Positions 15,501-27,900 of a DNA stretch of 57,828 nt are shown here, piece by piece. The stretch comes from Girardia tigrina (taxonomy: Eukaryota): assembly GCA_001938485.1 (NCBI GenBank), contig MQRK01226513.1:1-57828 (forward strand). Direction: 5' to 3'. A program made the translations under genes and the position numbers. Each line of letters begins with the position of its first letter. The stretch's first letter is position 1. The notes beneath the pieces are model-generated. The model was not told the origin of the DNA. It did no database searches and worked only from the letters and a program-made list of their open reading frames with translations.

Positions 15501-18500
15501 TAAATTTGGTTTTCGATCGACGAGCTGCCAATGTTGCAGACATTTGTAAATCTTTTTCACAATTTTCAGATTGATATTCACATTCTGACACTGAAAATCT
15601 AAGAAAACCTTAAATAGAGCAAACAAGAAAAAAATACTACTCATTTAAAAATTGTTGAAATCCTTTTCCTGGTAAATTCTTCAATTCAAATTTTAAATTT
15701 TCTAAATCGGTTTGAGAAAGAAATTCATTTGATGGTTCTAGATGATTGCCGTTTGGGATTTCGTTAATATTTACACAAGAATTTGAATCATCATCAATAT
15801 CACTAAGACAAGTGGATATTTTGTTTAATGAATAATCCGCGTTATTTGTAGAAATTAATAAGGTTTTTAATTGTTGTCTTTCATACTTGGAAAATCCAAG
15901 TACTGTCAAATCGCAAAGATTATACGGCAATATATGAGATGAAAACTTTTCCCATTTATTATCTATAACATAAGATAGACTGGTGGATATTTTTCGGGGT
16001 AAATAAAACGATAATCTATCATTATTCGGTAGATAATATATTGGCATCAAATGATCGCCACTACACTTTTGATGAAAAGAATGTAACAACTCTGTCATTT
16101 GGTTGTCGAAATTACAATCAAAGAAAAATGGATGCTGACTCAACTGAATATCTGCACAAATTGCTTCAACAATATCTAGAAGATTATTGGATTCTAAAGA
16201 TCTATAAAAAATTTTATTCACAATACAGAAAAAAAGTAATTATTTATTATACTTTTTCAGTTTATCAACAACGGATTGATGTAAAATGTTTTGAAATGGT
16301 GTCAATTCACACATCACCACTTGAAACATTTTTTCTGATTCCCACAATTTTTTCAATGGAAAGCAGTGATTAAAAAAAACCTATTAAAAAATTAAACGGT
16401 GAACATGAAATATTTTATTAATATTTTATAAAATAATAAATTTAATAAATATACTATTTAATAAATAATATTTAATATAAATACTGATTCTTAAACTGAA
16501 ACAGCTTTAGGAAAACAGAACACTAAAGTTACTGAAGAAGCGTCTCATTGTAATTTTACATGTATTATGATGCATATATATCTCAAATAAAAATAACAGA
16601 TTTGATTATGTGTATTAGAACGTATGGATAAGCTATTTTCGTAGGGATGAAATATATTAAATTAAGGATTTATCGGTTTTCAGCTTCCTATAATGATATC
16701 TATGGCACCTTACAAGTGTTCCACCTGAAATAGTCCTTAGTACAGCTGGGGACATTAACATTAATCATCGATCTCGACTTTTTCCAGAAAATGCAGAAAA
16801 AATCCCTTTTTTCAAATTTAATTTACATGACTCAAACTTTAACCATTGAGAAAATGGTTACTTTTTCGCTTATTGGTTATGAAGGATCCCCTCTTCAATA
16901 GATATATTTAGACTAATATTTTATTTCTACTAAAAAATTGATTTTTGCAAAGTTCTGTCATTTTATTCAAAAAATGAGTCAATACTAACAGTAATACGTA
17001 TGTTATCATCGTTATATTTCGTATGTCTTATTGTATTTAATTACCGTTTGGTGTAAATGTTTAAGTTTTAAATTTTTACAAAACAGTCATCGGCTCAAAC
17101 TCTTTCTGAGAAGAGAATACTGAGTCGGTTGACATTCGAAATTAAAAAAAATAAGTAAAAATCTATAATGTTTAAAAAAATAATAAATGTTAACACGAAA
17201 TGTGACACCTGAATTAAAGTAAAATTAATCTAACTAATCAATTTTACAAATTTCATGTAATTATATTCTGCTTTATTTTTTTTATTTTTTGCTGTTCAAT
17301 ATAACAAAAGAAACTGCGACATGTGAGCAACTTACTTGTCCTTTACTTATTTATGTGATAAACATTCAAGCATCTTGACCCGTAAAAATATTAATCTTAA
17401 CCCTACAATGCGCAATTTTTATATGCATACGCAAAATATATGCAACACACGCGGCCAGTATTACAAACTGAACTGTCATTTTTGTTGACAAAATATATTG
17501 CATCTATGACTTTATGGGCAGTTATCATTCCATAGACAATGTTTTTGGTTCACAGTATGTAAACACTCAAAGAATATCACTTGATTAAAAGATATTGAGG
17601 TAAAATATGGTTGATTCAAATATGAATCACGGTGCATTGTAGGGTTAAAAATTTGACCATGCAATAAAAAAGAATTGCGTACCACTTTTTAAGATGAATG
17701 AGTAACCTTTGAAAAATAACATAGACTAAGTTGTTTAACATAAATTCAATATTAGTAAAAAAACAGGTTCAAAGAAAGTGATTGGAGAATTTTTACCTTC
17801 ACCACCCCAATATGATTTTAGTAATTTTATTAAAAATAGAACAGAAATGTTATGTTATTTAACACAGTAATGTTATTTTAACTGAATGTTTAGTAATATT
17901 ACTTTTTTTTCAAAAAAAATTTATTTCATTTGTGAATATTAAATTAAAAATTTTTGATCATCGCCAATACCCCCGAAATTTTACTTTTACCCAATTTAGA
18001 GAAATTTAACCCTTTTCCCCAACTACAGCGTTAAAACTATGAGTTTTATATTCAGAAATGACAAGTCCTATTGTGACTTGAAAGTAATTTAATAAAATTT
18101 AAGGAGTTAAAAAAATTCTTTTAGTGAATAAACTTATCTTTTAAGTATTGTTAATTAACATTTTAAAAAATTTGAAAACAAAATTTTAATTTAATTATTT
18201 TTCAAAGGTCTTAAATATAACAATGAAATAAAAAAAGTAATTTTTGGTAATATAATAAAATGTAATATTAAAAAAATCACTTTTATTTTTTTTACATTGA
18301 CCCCCACATCAAAATTTTTTTAGAGTAGAAGAGTATAAAAATCGGCTGTCAATCTGCAAATCATAAGATACTTTTTTCATGCTTTTTACTCGTAAGTATT
18401 GCAAAAAATATACGAATATTAGATTTTAATTTTACCGTTGTAAAAATTCAAATTGAAAAAATTAGGTTTTTAATGTCCATTATGGCTTACACGAAACCGA

Positions 18501-21500
18501 AACAATCTTCGAAGAATGAAGAGAAAATTCCATCATGACAAATTTAATGTATTTTCCCAGCTATACCATTAATTTATAATAATTATTATTATTAAACTCA
18601 ATTATTAAATATTAATGTGTTATCCAAATTGAAAATTAATAAATATTAAAATTGTTTTAAGATAATTTTAACTTTATTATCTGATTTATCAAAAATATTA
18701 TTTTCAAAAAATTACTATACCTAAATTATTAAAAAATCAATAATTTTTTTAATTTCGAATAAGCTCCAAAACCTAAATTATTGATTTTTAAATAATATAA
18801 TTGTAATTATATTTTATTATAATTATATTTTTTTATTATTTTATTTTTTTATTGTAATTATATTTTAATTATAATATTGTAATTATATTTTAGAACAATT
18901 TAGCAACATTTCTTTTTAATATAAACAAATAAACGACATTTAAAAATATATTTCGTGATAATATATTTCGACGGTTTTACCGTCATCATCAGATCACTGA
19001 TTATGTTCTTTTTTATTGCTTTTATATAAGAAATGATGATTAGTGAATGAGAATGCTGTTGAACATTGATTTTCGGATCACATGATATTATCAACAATGC
19101 TTCACATGACACTCTCTCCCAATAATTTTTAAAATGCTTGCACAAAATATTAAAATCATTTATGCTCATATTACATTTACACGATTTTTTATGCTCAGCA
19201 ATATTACTCTTTCTACCGGTCTTCCTAAAATACATAAAGATGGAGTTCCAATGCGACCGGTTCTATCTATGATCCGTAAATTTCAGTACAATATTCTAAA
19301 TATCTAGATAAGAAGATAAAATCTTTCATTCCTAATGATTTTATTTGTAAGGAAAGTTTTGAGTTTGTGAATTCCATTACTAATTTTGAAATACGAACTG
19401 AAAATGATTTTATGGTTTCCTTTGATGTATCGAGTCTATTTACTAATGTTCGTTACAGGAAACCATCGCATTATGTTGTGAACTTTGGCGTAATAATAAT
19501 CTGGTTTAATAATATTCTGATTTAGATGAAGTTGTCTTTCGAAAACTTAACATTTGCTACTTCAAATGTCCATTATCTATTTAATGGTGAATGGTACAAA
19601 CAAATAGATGGGGTTGCAATGGGTTCACCATTGGCTCCAACGTTAGTCTCTATATTTCTTTCCTCCGTGGAAGAAAAATAGAATTGTTTTTGGGGGAAAA
19701 CCCCCTACTTTATAAGAGATATGTGAATGATATCTTTCTAGTCTTTGAATCTCCAGAACATGTTTTTCCTTTTCTAGATTACATGAATTCGATTCATCTA
19801 AATATAATCTTTACAGTGGAACAGGAAATAAACGGAGAATTACGATTCCTTGATTTGTTAATTGAAAGGAAAAATGATCATTATGAAACTATGTCGAAAG
19901 AAAACTGATATTGGTTTGTACATCTACATAAACAGTTTTTGTGAGTTTAAATATAAAAGGAAAATGATCAAAGGTTTGTTGTACCGCTCTTGGTCTCTTT
20001 CTTCACGTTTTCAAAATCTATTAAAAGTACTGATACATTGAGCAAATTATTGAATAATAACAGTTACTCTAAATCCATCATAGACAGACTCACTCGTGAG
20101 ACTAGATAAAATAATTGAAAAAGAAAAAATCAATAATGAACAAATCAATAGTTTAAACATTGAAAACTGCTTTACAACTGGGTATACTCTAAGCTTACCT
20201 TACTCCGAGGGTTTTAAACACCTCAAGAATTCGATCTTGAAATCAACAAATAACATTTTAAATTTAAAAATTATTTCTCAATCATTTAAAGTTGAGAATA
20301 TGTTTTGCAATAAATCACATACTCCTTTAGGATTGTGTTCGGACATTGTTTATCAATACATAAGTAATGGGTGCAATGCTACATACATCAGAGAGACTGT
20401 CCATCATCTCTGCACAGTAATATTGCTGAGCATAAAAAAACGTGTAAATGTAATATGAGCATAAATGATTTTAATATTTTGTGCAAGCATTTTAAAAATT
20501 AATGGGAGAGAGTGTAATGTGAAGCATTGTTGATAAGATCATGTGATCCGAAAATCAATGTTCAAACAGCATTCTCAACTAATTTGTTAAGAGTTTTCGA
20601 TTAGACTTGCGTAAAAATAAATAATTTCTTCTTATATAAAAGCAATAAAAAAGAACATAAATCAAAAAGAATATAAAAAAATCAAAAAGAACATTAATCA
20701 GTGATCTGATGATGACGGTTAAACCGTCGAAATATATTATCACGAAATATATTTTTAAATGGCGCTTATTTGTTTATAATAAAAAATTGCCATCTTTTTT
20801 CAAGTTTATTTCTTTTTAACTTGAATTTTAATATTTTATTAATAATTCCAATATTTTATAGATCTTTTTATTATTACAAATCAGCCCTACAATAAATTTT
20901 CAAAACTATTTAGAAGAAAAAATCGATTTTAAAGGAACTGGTAAGAACACTGATTCTGTGCTTTAGTATACCCCCGTACAGTCTTACATATTGCATTAAA
21001 TTAACATGTCCTTCAAATCAAACGACACACATGGGTAATGACATGCTTATCTAAATACTGTGTGTAAAAATTTTAAATTAAAAATTAGGTAATTTATTAA
21101 AATGTAATGTATGTTATGCCGTGTGAGGAATGTTTTGAATTGTGTGTTGATATTGTGCATGTTGTATGTTGATTCGGATTGTGCCTCTCCTACACAGATG
21201 GATGATTGGTATTTTCTTCGATTCTTACTAATTAAAAATAATTTAATTTAATTTTAAAGTAAAAAGATTTAAAATAATTTTTGAATGTATTATATATTTT
21301 TAATGTAATTTAAAACTTTCTTTTTAAAAAAATGTTTAGATTTAATTTTAACCAATTACATTCTTTATAATTAATAATTTTTATTAACAGACTTTCATTT
21401 ATTGAAAATAATTAGTATGAAATCAGAAATATATTGATCAAGAGATGCCAAATAGTGAATGCGCTTGTGATATTAATAAATGTTGTTAATATGCCGAATT

Positions 21501-24357
21501 TATGTAATTTTAAAATTCACGAACTCGGAAATTTTTTAAAAAAAATTTTTAAATTCAATTATGAAATTGATATTAGTATTTAACATGAAAAATTATGTAT
21601 TTAATACGAAAAAATATCAATTTAATATGAAAAATACCAATTTAATATGAAAAAATGCTTTAAAAATACAAAAGTTTGCAATTCAGCTTGCCACTAAGAA
21701 AAAAGTTTAAATAACTATGAATAAAAAATTTACATTTGGAAAATATTTTGCATAATAAATTAAGATTTTTTCATATTTAATTTATTTTTTCATATTAAAT
21801 TGATAATTTTTAATGACAAATTGATATTTTTGTCATATTAAATTGATATTTTCTCATATTAAATTGATAAGTTTTAATATTAAATAAATAATTTTTCATA
21901 TTAAATTAAGAATTTTAGGTTAATTTGATTTTTTTCACATTAAATTGATTTTTTTAAATTAAATTGATATTTTTCATATTAAAAACATTTTTTTTCATTT
22001 TAAGTTGAGAAATTTTCATTTTAAAATAAAATTTTTCTTATAGTTAGGTGAATTTGGCAAAAAAATTTCAATTCGACAATTACACTATTTCATCAAACTG
22101 TTGTCAATTTCAAGAATTCGGCAATTACACAAATTCGACATAACATATATATAGGGAAGTAAACATTTTTAATAATACAACAAAAATTTAGGAAACCAAA
22201 TAAATTAAAATTACCGAATTCAATAAATCAGATTTTTTAGAGATTCGTTTGGAAGCATGACACTGGATCTCGTTTAATAACTCATCGACTTCAAAATTAG
22301 AATAAAAAAGAAGAAAAACCGATTGGGCAAAATGACTATCGATTAAAGTGTTGCTGTCGTTTGAAATAAGACCGATTCGAATTCCAAGCAAATCGACATC
22401 TGAAAAAATGATGTGATCTGGAATGCCCGACAAACTTTCAGAAAATTTTTCAATCTGTTTTTGTTTAAACTCAGAAATTAATGGTTTAATTTTCAAAAAT
22501 TACTTGATCATAGATAATATTGTTCCATTTAACGGATGTCAAACAAAACTGATAGAAAATTGCTGAATAACTGATTATACAAATTGTCATAAAGGAACTT
22601 TCAATTTGCTCTAATATCTCATGAGCACTTTTGTAAGACAAATACAAATCCAGCACAACTATTTTACAGTTTGGACATATTGCTTTCAAAAACGTATACC
22701 ATTCACTTATTTGTGAACTAGATGTGATAATCAATTCTGGAGTATGTGAATTAAACTTATTTGACAAATATCCCAAGAGAACTAAAAACAATCTTTTTAA
22801 ATAATCAATATTTACAGTTATATTAAACCTGAGATCATTAATCGATCATCTCCACATTGCAATGAACTGACAATTGCGAAAGACAACTTTTGTCTAACTA
22901 ATTCAAATAAACAATGTATATTTCGATTTATACATTCATTCTTTAATAATGCGTCTAATATTTCATTATTCGAAATGGAAAGTGGTTCTGAAAATGAGGT
23001 CGCTAGAATGGATTGTATTTTTTCACTTTGTGTTACAATGAAACTAGTTTTAGATGTTGTTTTCAAATACAAATCATTATTATCTTGTGACAAAGCTTCT
23101 GATACTAAAGAGTCACTATCGACGACATCAGAACTATTACCGGACCTCAAATCTATATTATCGCTGTTTAAAAAATAATTTTCATCAATTATCTTTTCCA
23201 ATGGCATTTGAGAAAGGATTTTCAATTCTGTAATTTCGTTTTCAAATGAATAGTTCCCCTACGAAATTCAATAAAATTTTCAATAATTAAAATAGAAATT
23301 CATTTACAATGACGTACTTCGATTTCATTAAATTCTATATTGTTTTCCAGCCAACTTAATTCCCCTATCAGATTTTCCGACGAAGAACAAGAATCACTGA
23401 GATCATATGAAATCTCATTAATGACCAAATTGTCCTCGTCTGTCAGCATAATAGAGCAATAACTGTGTGATGAATCAAAGGAACACACACTATCACTATC
23501 AGATCTATCAAACAGCGGATCGGAATTCTCATTATCGATTTCAGCATTGATAAGACTTTTGGTAAGCCACAGCTGTGACAAATCCATTGTCGAATTACTA
23601 AAATTCGATCTTTGTTTGGAAATTTCCGATTTAATTGTATTACAATCTGTCTTTAAACAATCATCAATGATATTTAAATTATCGATTAAAACCTTTTTTC
23701 GCCACCATTCTTTAACCATATTGGCAATTCGTGAACAAACCAATCTCGCTTCTTCTTGCACTTGAATATATTCCAACATTTTTATTTCGTCTTTAATAAA
23801 AACATAAGATTTAGCACTTTCAGCTATCTATAAATCTTTAAATTAAGAAAAAACAACGACACGTAAAAAATTATTACTATTTTTGCAGCTAAAATCTTCC
23901 AAGAAAATCGATTTTTCATATCTGTCGATAACCATTCGGCCTCTTCGATTAAATAATCCCAATGGACTTTAGTTCTAGCAGGTTCCATGACTTTCGGCAA
24001 GGCTTCCCGAGACCATATGCCTTTCTTCTTTAATAAACCGATTTTTTCCAATACTGTCGCTTCTTGCAACGCATCGTTCACGTTCTGTTCATCTTGAATT
24101 TTTTTCACGTTTTTCAAATCACAATCTGTGGGTTTCGAATTATTCCTATTTTTCATGATTTTATTACTCTTTAATTTCACGATTTTCTTGAAATGTTTGC
24201 AACTTTTCGGCGAAAACGAATGTAATTTGTCTTTTGATACTAACAAATCGTTCAACATTTCCGGACCGAATTTATATTTATACTCATTTTGAGTGTAAAA
24301 TAAATTTAATAATTCAATTGATTTCGATTTTAAACGCTGATATTTGGAATCATCCAT
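1571..24357 (-). CDS. p400/Domino-like (SWR1 family) chromatin-remodeller homolog, multi-exon, SNF2 ATPase motifs degenerate
   Basis: HSA-like segment LPKVMEPARTKVHWDYLIEEAEWL (23824-24357 ORF). SNF2-N remnants PELIITSSSQISEW..ICPNCK..ICIISY..KWNNIIYDQ (22486-22791) and FQVVMCELTPFQ (~16300). Helicase-C remnants LELLDMIETLI..VIIVDSHW and SIYKLCTFETLE (13913-14946). p400-type IWMPP exon starts at 11561. SANT-like LPEWNIHEEAVLYQ (exon 10553-10657) splices in phase to ..LPNFKICEHYLN..HRSCEMCKIHF (exon from 8020). HISALEEHNIQPDKIFTP (~7220-7330). Assigning the N/S-rich 3' exons (~1934-2272, 1571-1856) to this gene is less certain. Confidence 0.8.
2615..2850. mobile_element. piggyBac-type MITE
   Basis: TTAA flanks both ends. 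TIR CCCTACAATGCGC/GCGCATTGTAGGG. A second copy lies at 17401. Confidence 0.9.
2990..4430 (+). mobile_element. degenerate gag-like remnant of an LTR retrotransposon
   Basis: Purine-rich broken reading frames. Decayed tandem CCHC-knuckle-like sequence around 4110-4200. Confidence 0.4.
4895..5352 (+). mobile_element. internally deleted mariner remnant
   Basis: Translates to NHLDEIG..IPHELNENQKQRRLD (WVPHEL-like motif), followed by a C-terminal fragment and a TIR-like end. Confidence 0.6.
8560..8752. repeat. non-autonomous DNA transposon end with telomere-like (TAACCC-variant) tract and GGAGCAATT sub-repeats
   Basis: Degenerate CCTAAC/TAACC runs at 8583-8649 and about five GGAGCA(A/T)T-like units ending at GGTTACC. 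Confidence 0.5.
9033..10373 (-). mobile_element. full-length but decayed mariner-family transposon
   Basis: TIRs tataggtggttccaaaaattttcg (9033-9056) and cgaaaatttttggagcccgctata (10350-10373). Broken transposase with HTH (9841-10080), MHDNAHPH and YSDSSI (YSPDL-like) remnants, and C-terminal VIESGGTYL. Confidence 0.85.
12321..12363 (-). ncRNA. minimal hammerhead ribozyme (orphan, PLE-type)
   Basis: Minus strand reads UCCAU-CUGAUGA-U-GUUCU(GCUA)AGAAC-GAAA-CAUG-UC/AUGAA: complete core, 5-bp stem II, palindromic ACAUGU stem III, GUC cleavage triplet. Confidence 0.8.
12488..12554. repeat. (TA)n microsatellite running into an N gap
   Basis: Direct observation. Confidence 0.95.
12637..13844 (-). 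mobile_element. mariner (DD34D) transposon, frameshifted, crossing gaps
   Basis: ORFs 13081-13437 (WLSHEL) and 12726-13106 (VWWD, HDNARPH, HPPYSPDLASSDFHLF). Mariner-type TIR ttgggtttgtcaaaaagtcattgcgttttt at ~13812-13843. Confidence 0.92.
17401..17644. mobile_element. piggyBac-type MITE, same family as 2615-2850, opposite orientation
   Basis: TTAA TSD, CCCTACAATG..CATTGTAGGG ends, internal sequence near-identical to the reverse complement of 2615-2850. Confidence 0.9.
18955..18997 (-). ncRNA. minimal hammerhead ribozyme in the inverted Penelope pLTR
   Basis: GUGAU-CUGAUGA-U-GACGGU(AAA)ACCGUC-GAAA-UAUA-UU/AUCAC. Confidence 0.85.
20701..20743 (+). ncRNA. minimal hammerhead ribozyme in the 3' Penelope pLTR
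   Basis: GTGAT-CTGATGA-T-GACGGT(TAA)ACCGTC-GAAA-TATA-TT/ATCAC. Stem I is GUGAU/AUCAC and stem III is the palindrome AAUAUAUU. Confidence 0.85.
21490..22143. mobile_element. foldback/MITE-like palindromic element with ~21-bp internal sub-repeats
   Basis: Ends atgccgaatttatgtaatt / aattacacaaattcgacat are inverted. Left-arm aatatgaaaaaatatcaattt-type units are mirrored by tcatattaaattgatatttt-type units. Confidence 0.7.
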
Positions 24358-24924
24358 AAAAATTATTGAAATTTAAAATTCTATCAAAATTTGCATTTAT
24401 TAAAACAAAAGAGTAAATAACAAATTCGTAATTTATTACCTATCAAAAATAATCAAATTTCTGATAAACACTAAGTACAAATTTACATAATTAGATACAT
24501 AAAATAATCATAAAAGTCTACATTTAAACCATCTTTACAATCGATAAATTAGAATTCATTAAAATAGAATTTAAAGTAATCCCAAGAAAATAATTCATAA
24601 TACATTCACAAATTAATCATGCCATACTTTAAATCTAAATTAAACAATTATCAGGACTAGAAATACACAGATCCGAAATTAGAAATGTATTGGAACTTTA
24701 CAGAAAAGTAAAAATTATTAAGGAAGCTCTTTGATATGAAAATAACTGTACAAATTATACACAAATCTCACAGTAAAATATCAATCACAAAGTAATTCAA
24801 AAAAATTATTTAAAGCACTTTCAACAAATTCATCCTGCATAAATCACTAATAATGAAATTTCAATTTATTAATTTAAGTTGAAATTTGAAAACTTTAAAA
24901 TTAAAAAGGAATGAAAGAATTTTT

Positions 24925-27900
24925 TTAATTAAAATAATTTGGATTTGAGCGATATAACTGAGAATCATTGGGATTCGTAGATTGAAAATTAACTGAATTT
25001 TGTTGTGGCAATCCTTTTTGAGGCGCCATCATTTTTGAAAAAACTTGCTGAGAACCTTGATAATTAATGTTGGTTCCGTTAGACATTTGTGGATAATTTC
25101 CAGTTGGTCTAATCGAACCAGGTGGAGATTGATGATTTTGAATATAATTCAAATTATTCATCATGAAAGGTGGTCCCGAAGACGGAGAATAATTATTCAT
25201 CGGATGATTTGGTATTGGTATACGATTCATTGGAAGAGGCATGGGATTGGAAATCATTCCCGGTATGGATTTATTATTTGAAACGATATGATTACCCATT
25301 TCTTGAATATAGTTCGAGTTCAGTTGTTGTGATATGGCGGGATTATTGACATAATATGGTATTTGAGATTGATTTGATTGTGTAGATGTTATATTATGCA
25401 TTCGTTGGTGTTGAATCATTGAATTTTGAGGTACAGTTGTCGAGGAATAAACAGGGTGCTGGGCCATCATTGCCGGCTTATTCATCTGCCTTGACATTAC
25501 ATGACGATACGCTGGCATGTAAGAAGGATTGTTTCTTATCCATTCATTGAGCTGAAATCAAAAAAATATTTTAATTATTCTTTTGAAAAATAATTTTTAC
25601 TTTTAAATGTCCATCGGGCTGATTCAAAAGGTTCCCGTACATACTTTCTACCATTACAATCTCTTTATGTGACGGATACCCTTTATTTATGGCTTGATAA
25701 TTGCCATTTGGATACATTCCGCACTGGGAATTATTAATGTCACTCATATGAGAATTCATTGGAATAGGAACATTTTGATTCGTAGGATGGATATAATTTG
25801 ATTTTAAATTGAATGATTGATTGGTTGTCGGAGTATTGATTTTAACTGGAGTAAATTCTAAAGTGGTATTGTTGGAATTATTTGATAAAGGACCAGAATT
25901 TTGAACATATTGATATTGGGATTGGGCAATGGAATTATTTCCCGAGTTTACAATTTCTTGAGCTGAAGCGGAGGATGGATTATTCGAGACATTACTGTTA
26001 CAACGCATAAGTGCCGTTCGTCGTCGGAGAATTTGTTTTTGGAATAATCGCTGCTTAGTTTCTTGTTTTTTCAGTTTTTGTTTTATTTGTTGACAATAAA
26101 TGATCATACACTTTACATCCGTACAGAACTTGGCGTGATATGCTGACAATCTCACTACTGGTTTACAATAATTACATTTTAATCCAACAATACAGTTTTT
26201 GTTATGAGAAACGAACGATTTGAACTTTTTACAATTTGACATTCTACAACACGCATCTCTGCAAGTAGCGGCATGTTCGAAAATTTTGACTAATCGATCA
26301 AGTCTGCGCCGATTTGTTTCTTCGCAATTTTCATCGGATTTGAAACTGGAGGAATCATTTTCATCTTCCACGCCGGATCTGATCTTTTCGAGAGGATGGA
26401 TGTGTTTTTCTGTCAAATAGCATCTAGGGCAAAGATCATATTCTTCACAAGTTGGACAATGATATCTGGTTTCTATCTGAGCACTACAGGCATTACAAGT
26501 ATAACAGAAACTTTGTTTTGCTTCGTTATGTAATTCATAACACATCACTAATGTCGAGTATAAAGTTCTACGCAAATTGGAAAATTCCAAATGTTTCGCA
26601 CGAGCCATTTGGAGAAAATTTTCACGACCATCCATCAATTCCGATTCAATAGATTGATCAGGATCAACAATATCTTTGAGATTAGCTACATTTTTCTGTG
26701 GATGTAATCTTATAATGAAGAAGTTGTCTTTATGTTTCTCCATTATATCCAGTACCTTTTTAAAAAGCTCATTACCGGCATCACTAGAATCATAGAATTT
26801 TTTTCTCTTCGATGTTGCGATATTTGTTGTTTTTTTCTGTTTTCGTTTTTTGGGTTTTTTATTTCCAATATTATCTTTACTTATTTCATAAACATCAAGT
26901 GAATCGTTATCATCATCATCTGGAGCGATTTCTTTGGCTTTCAAATTATTTTGTTCAAATTCCTTTAAAATATCTTCAAATGCATTTGGCCAAAAATCTC
27001 CTTCAAAATACGGTATTTGATTAACTGAACTTATTGCTGATAAATGAGCGTCTTTAAAGACATCTTTGTAATCATCAATAACTAATTCTTGAATTCCTTT
27101 ATCCAACATTTTTGTATACCACTCCTGTAATCTCTTTGGCTTCGGAATACGTTGATCAGGGGGATGAATATGGAAAATATAATCATCTCCTTCACTTGGT
27201 GGACAGGCCCAAATATGAGCCATTACATAGCCCAACTTTTTCACATAATCTAAATATCCAACCAAAATCTCATAGTACACTTTAGTTCGGTGTTTGGATG
27301 GTTCAAAGAATTTAACAGAATCCAGATATGCCACATAAACTCGTCTTCTATTTGGTTCCGGACAATCAGATCCATATTCTTGAACATGTAAACCAAAAAA
27401 ACAAACTTCCCGACCTTGACACTCTTGAAAAGCAAAGATTGCTTTTGAACGATAGGGAAATGAAGTTTCTGCATCACCAAAATACGATTTCACTCCTGGT
27501 TTTACTTCTGTGACTTTTTTAACATTTGAAAGAACTCGAATGATAACATTGTCTGTTGTTATCTCATTTTTCTTGAAATAATCACTAACTCTTTTTTCCA
27601 AAAAATTACTCAATGTGCAAGACGACAAACGTTTAGCCGTATATTTATTTTCCCTTTTCTGTATATTATTTACACAATTTTTGCAATAAAATGTCGACCA
27701 TATTTCATCAATATGACAGGCGCATACTTTATGCCATTTTCGATTACATCTAGCACAAAACACAAATTCTTCATGAATTTCTACATTATTCTTTTTTTTT
27801 ACTAACAATTCTTTATTAACATTTCTAAAATATTAAAAAAAGTATTAAATTAGTTTTACTTAAATCAAGGAAACACTTACAAAAATTCATTAGATTCACA

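Larger units (their letters stand above)
18900..20810 (+). mobile_element. Penelope-like retroelement (RT + GIY-YIG), decayed, with an inverted copy of its 3' end at the 5' side
   Basis: GLPKIHKDGVPMRP, SFDVSSLFTNV, QIDGVAMGSPLAP, YKRYVNDIF, FLDLLI; GIY-YIG IVYQYI..CNATYIRET..CEALLI. 18900-19210 is the reverse complement of ~20415-20790. Confidence 0.92.

Noticed and set aside
16741-18025. Possible DNA transposon bounded by CAGCTGGGGA / TCCCCAACTA
   Set aside because: The inverted match is too short and imperfect, and no TSD was found.
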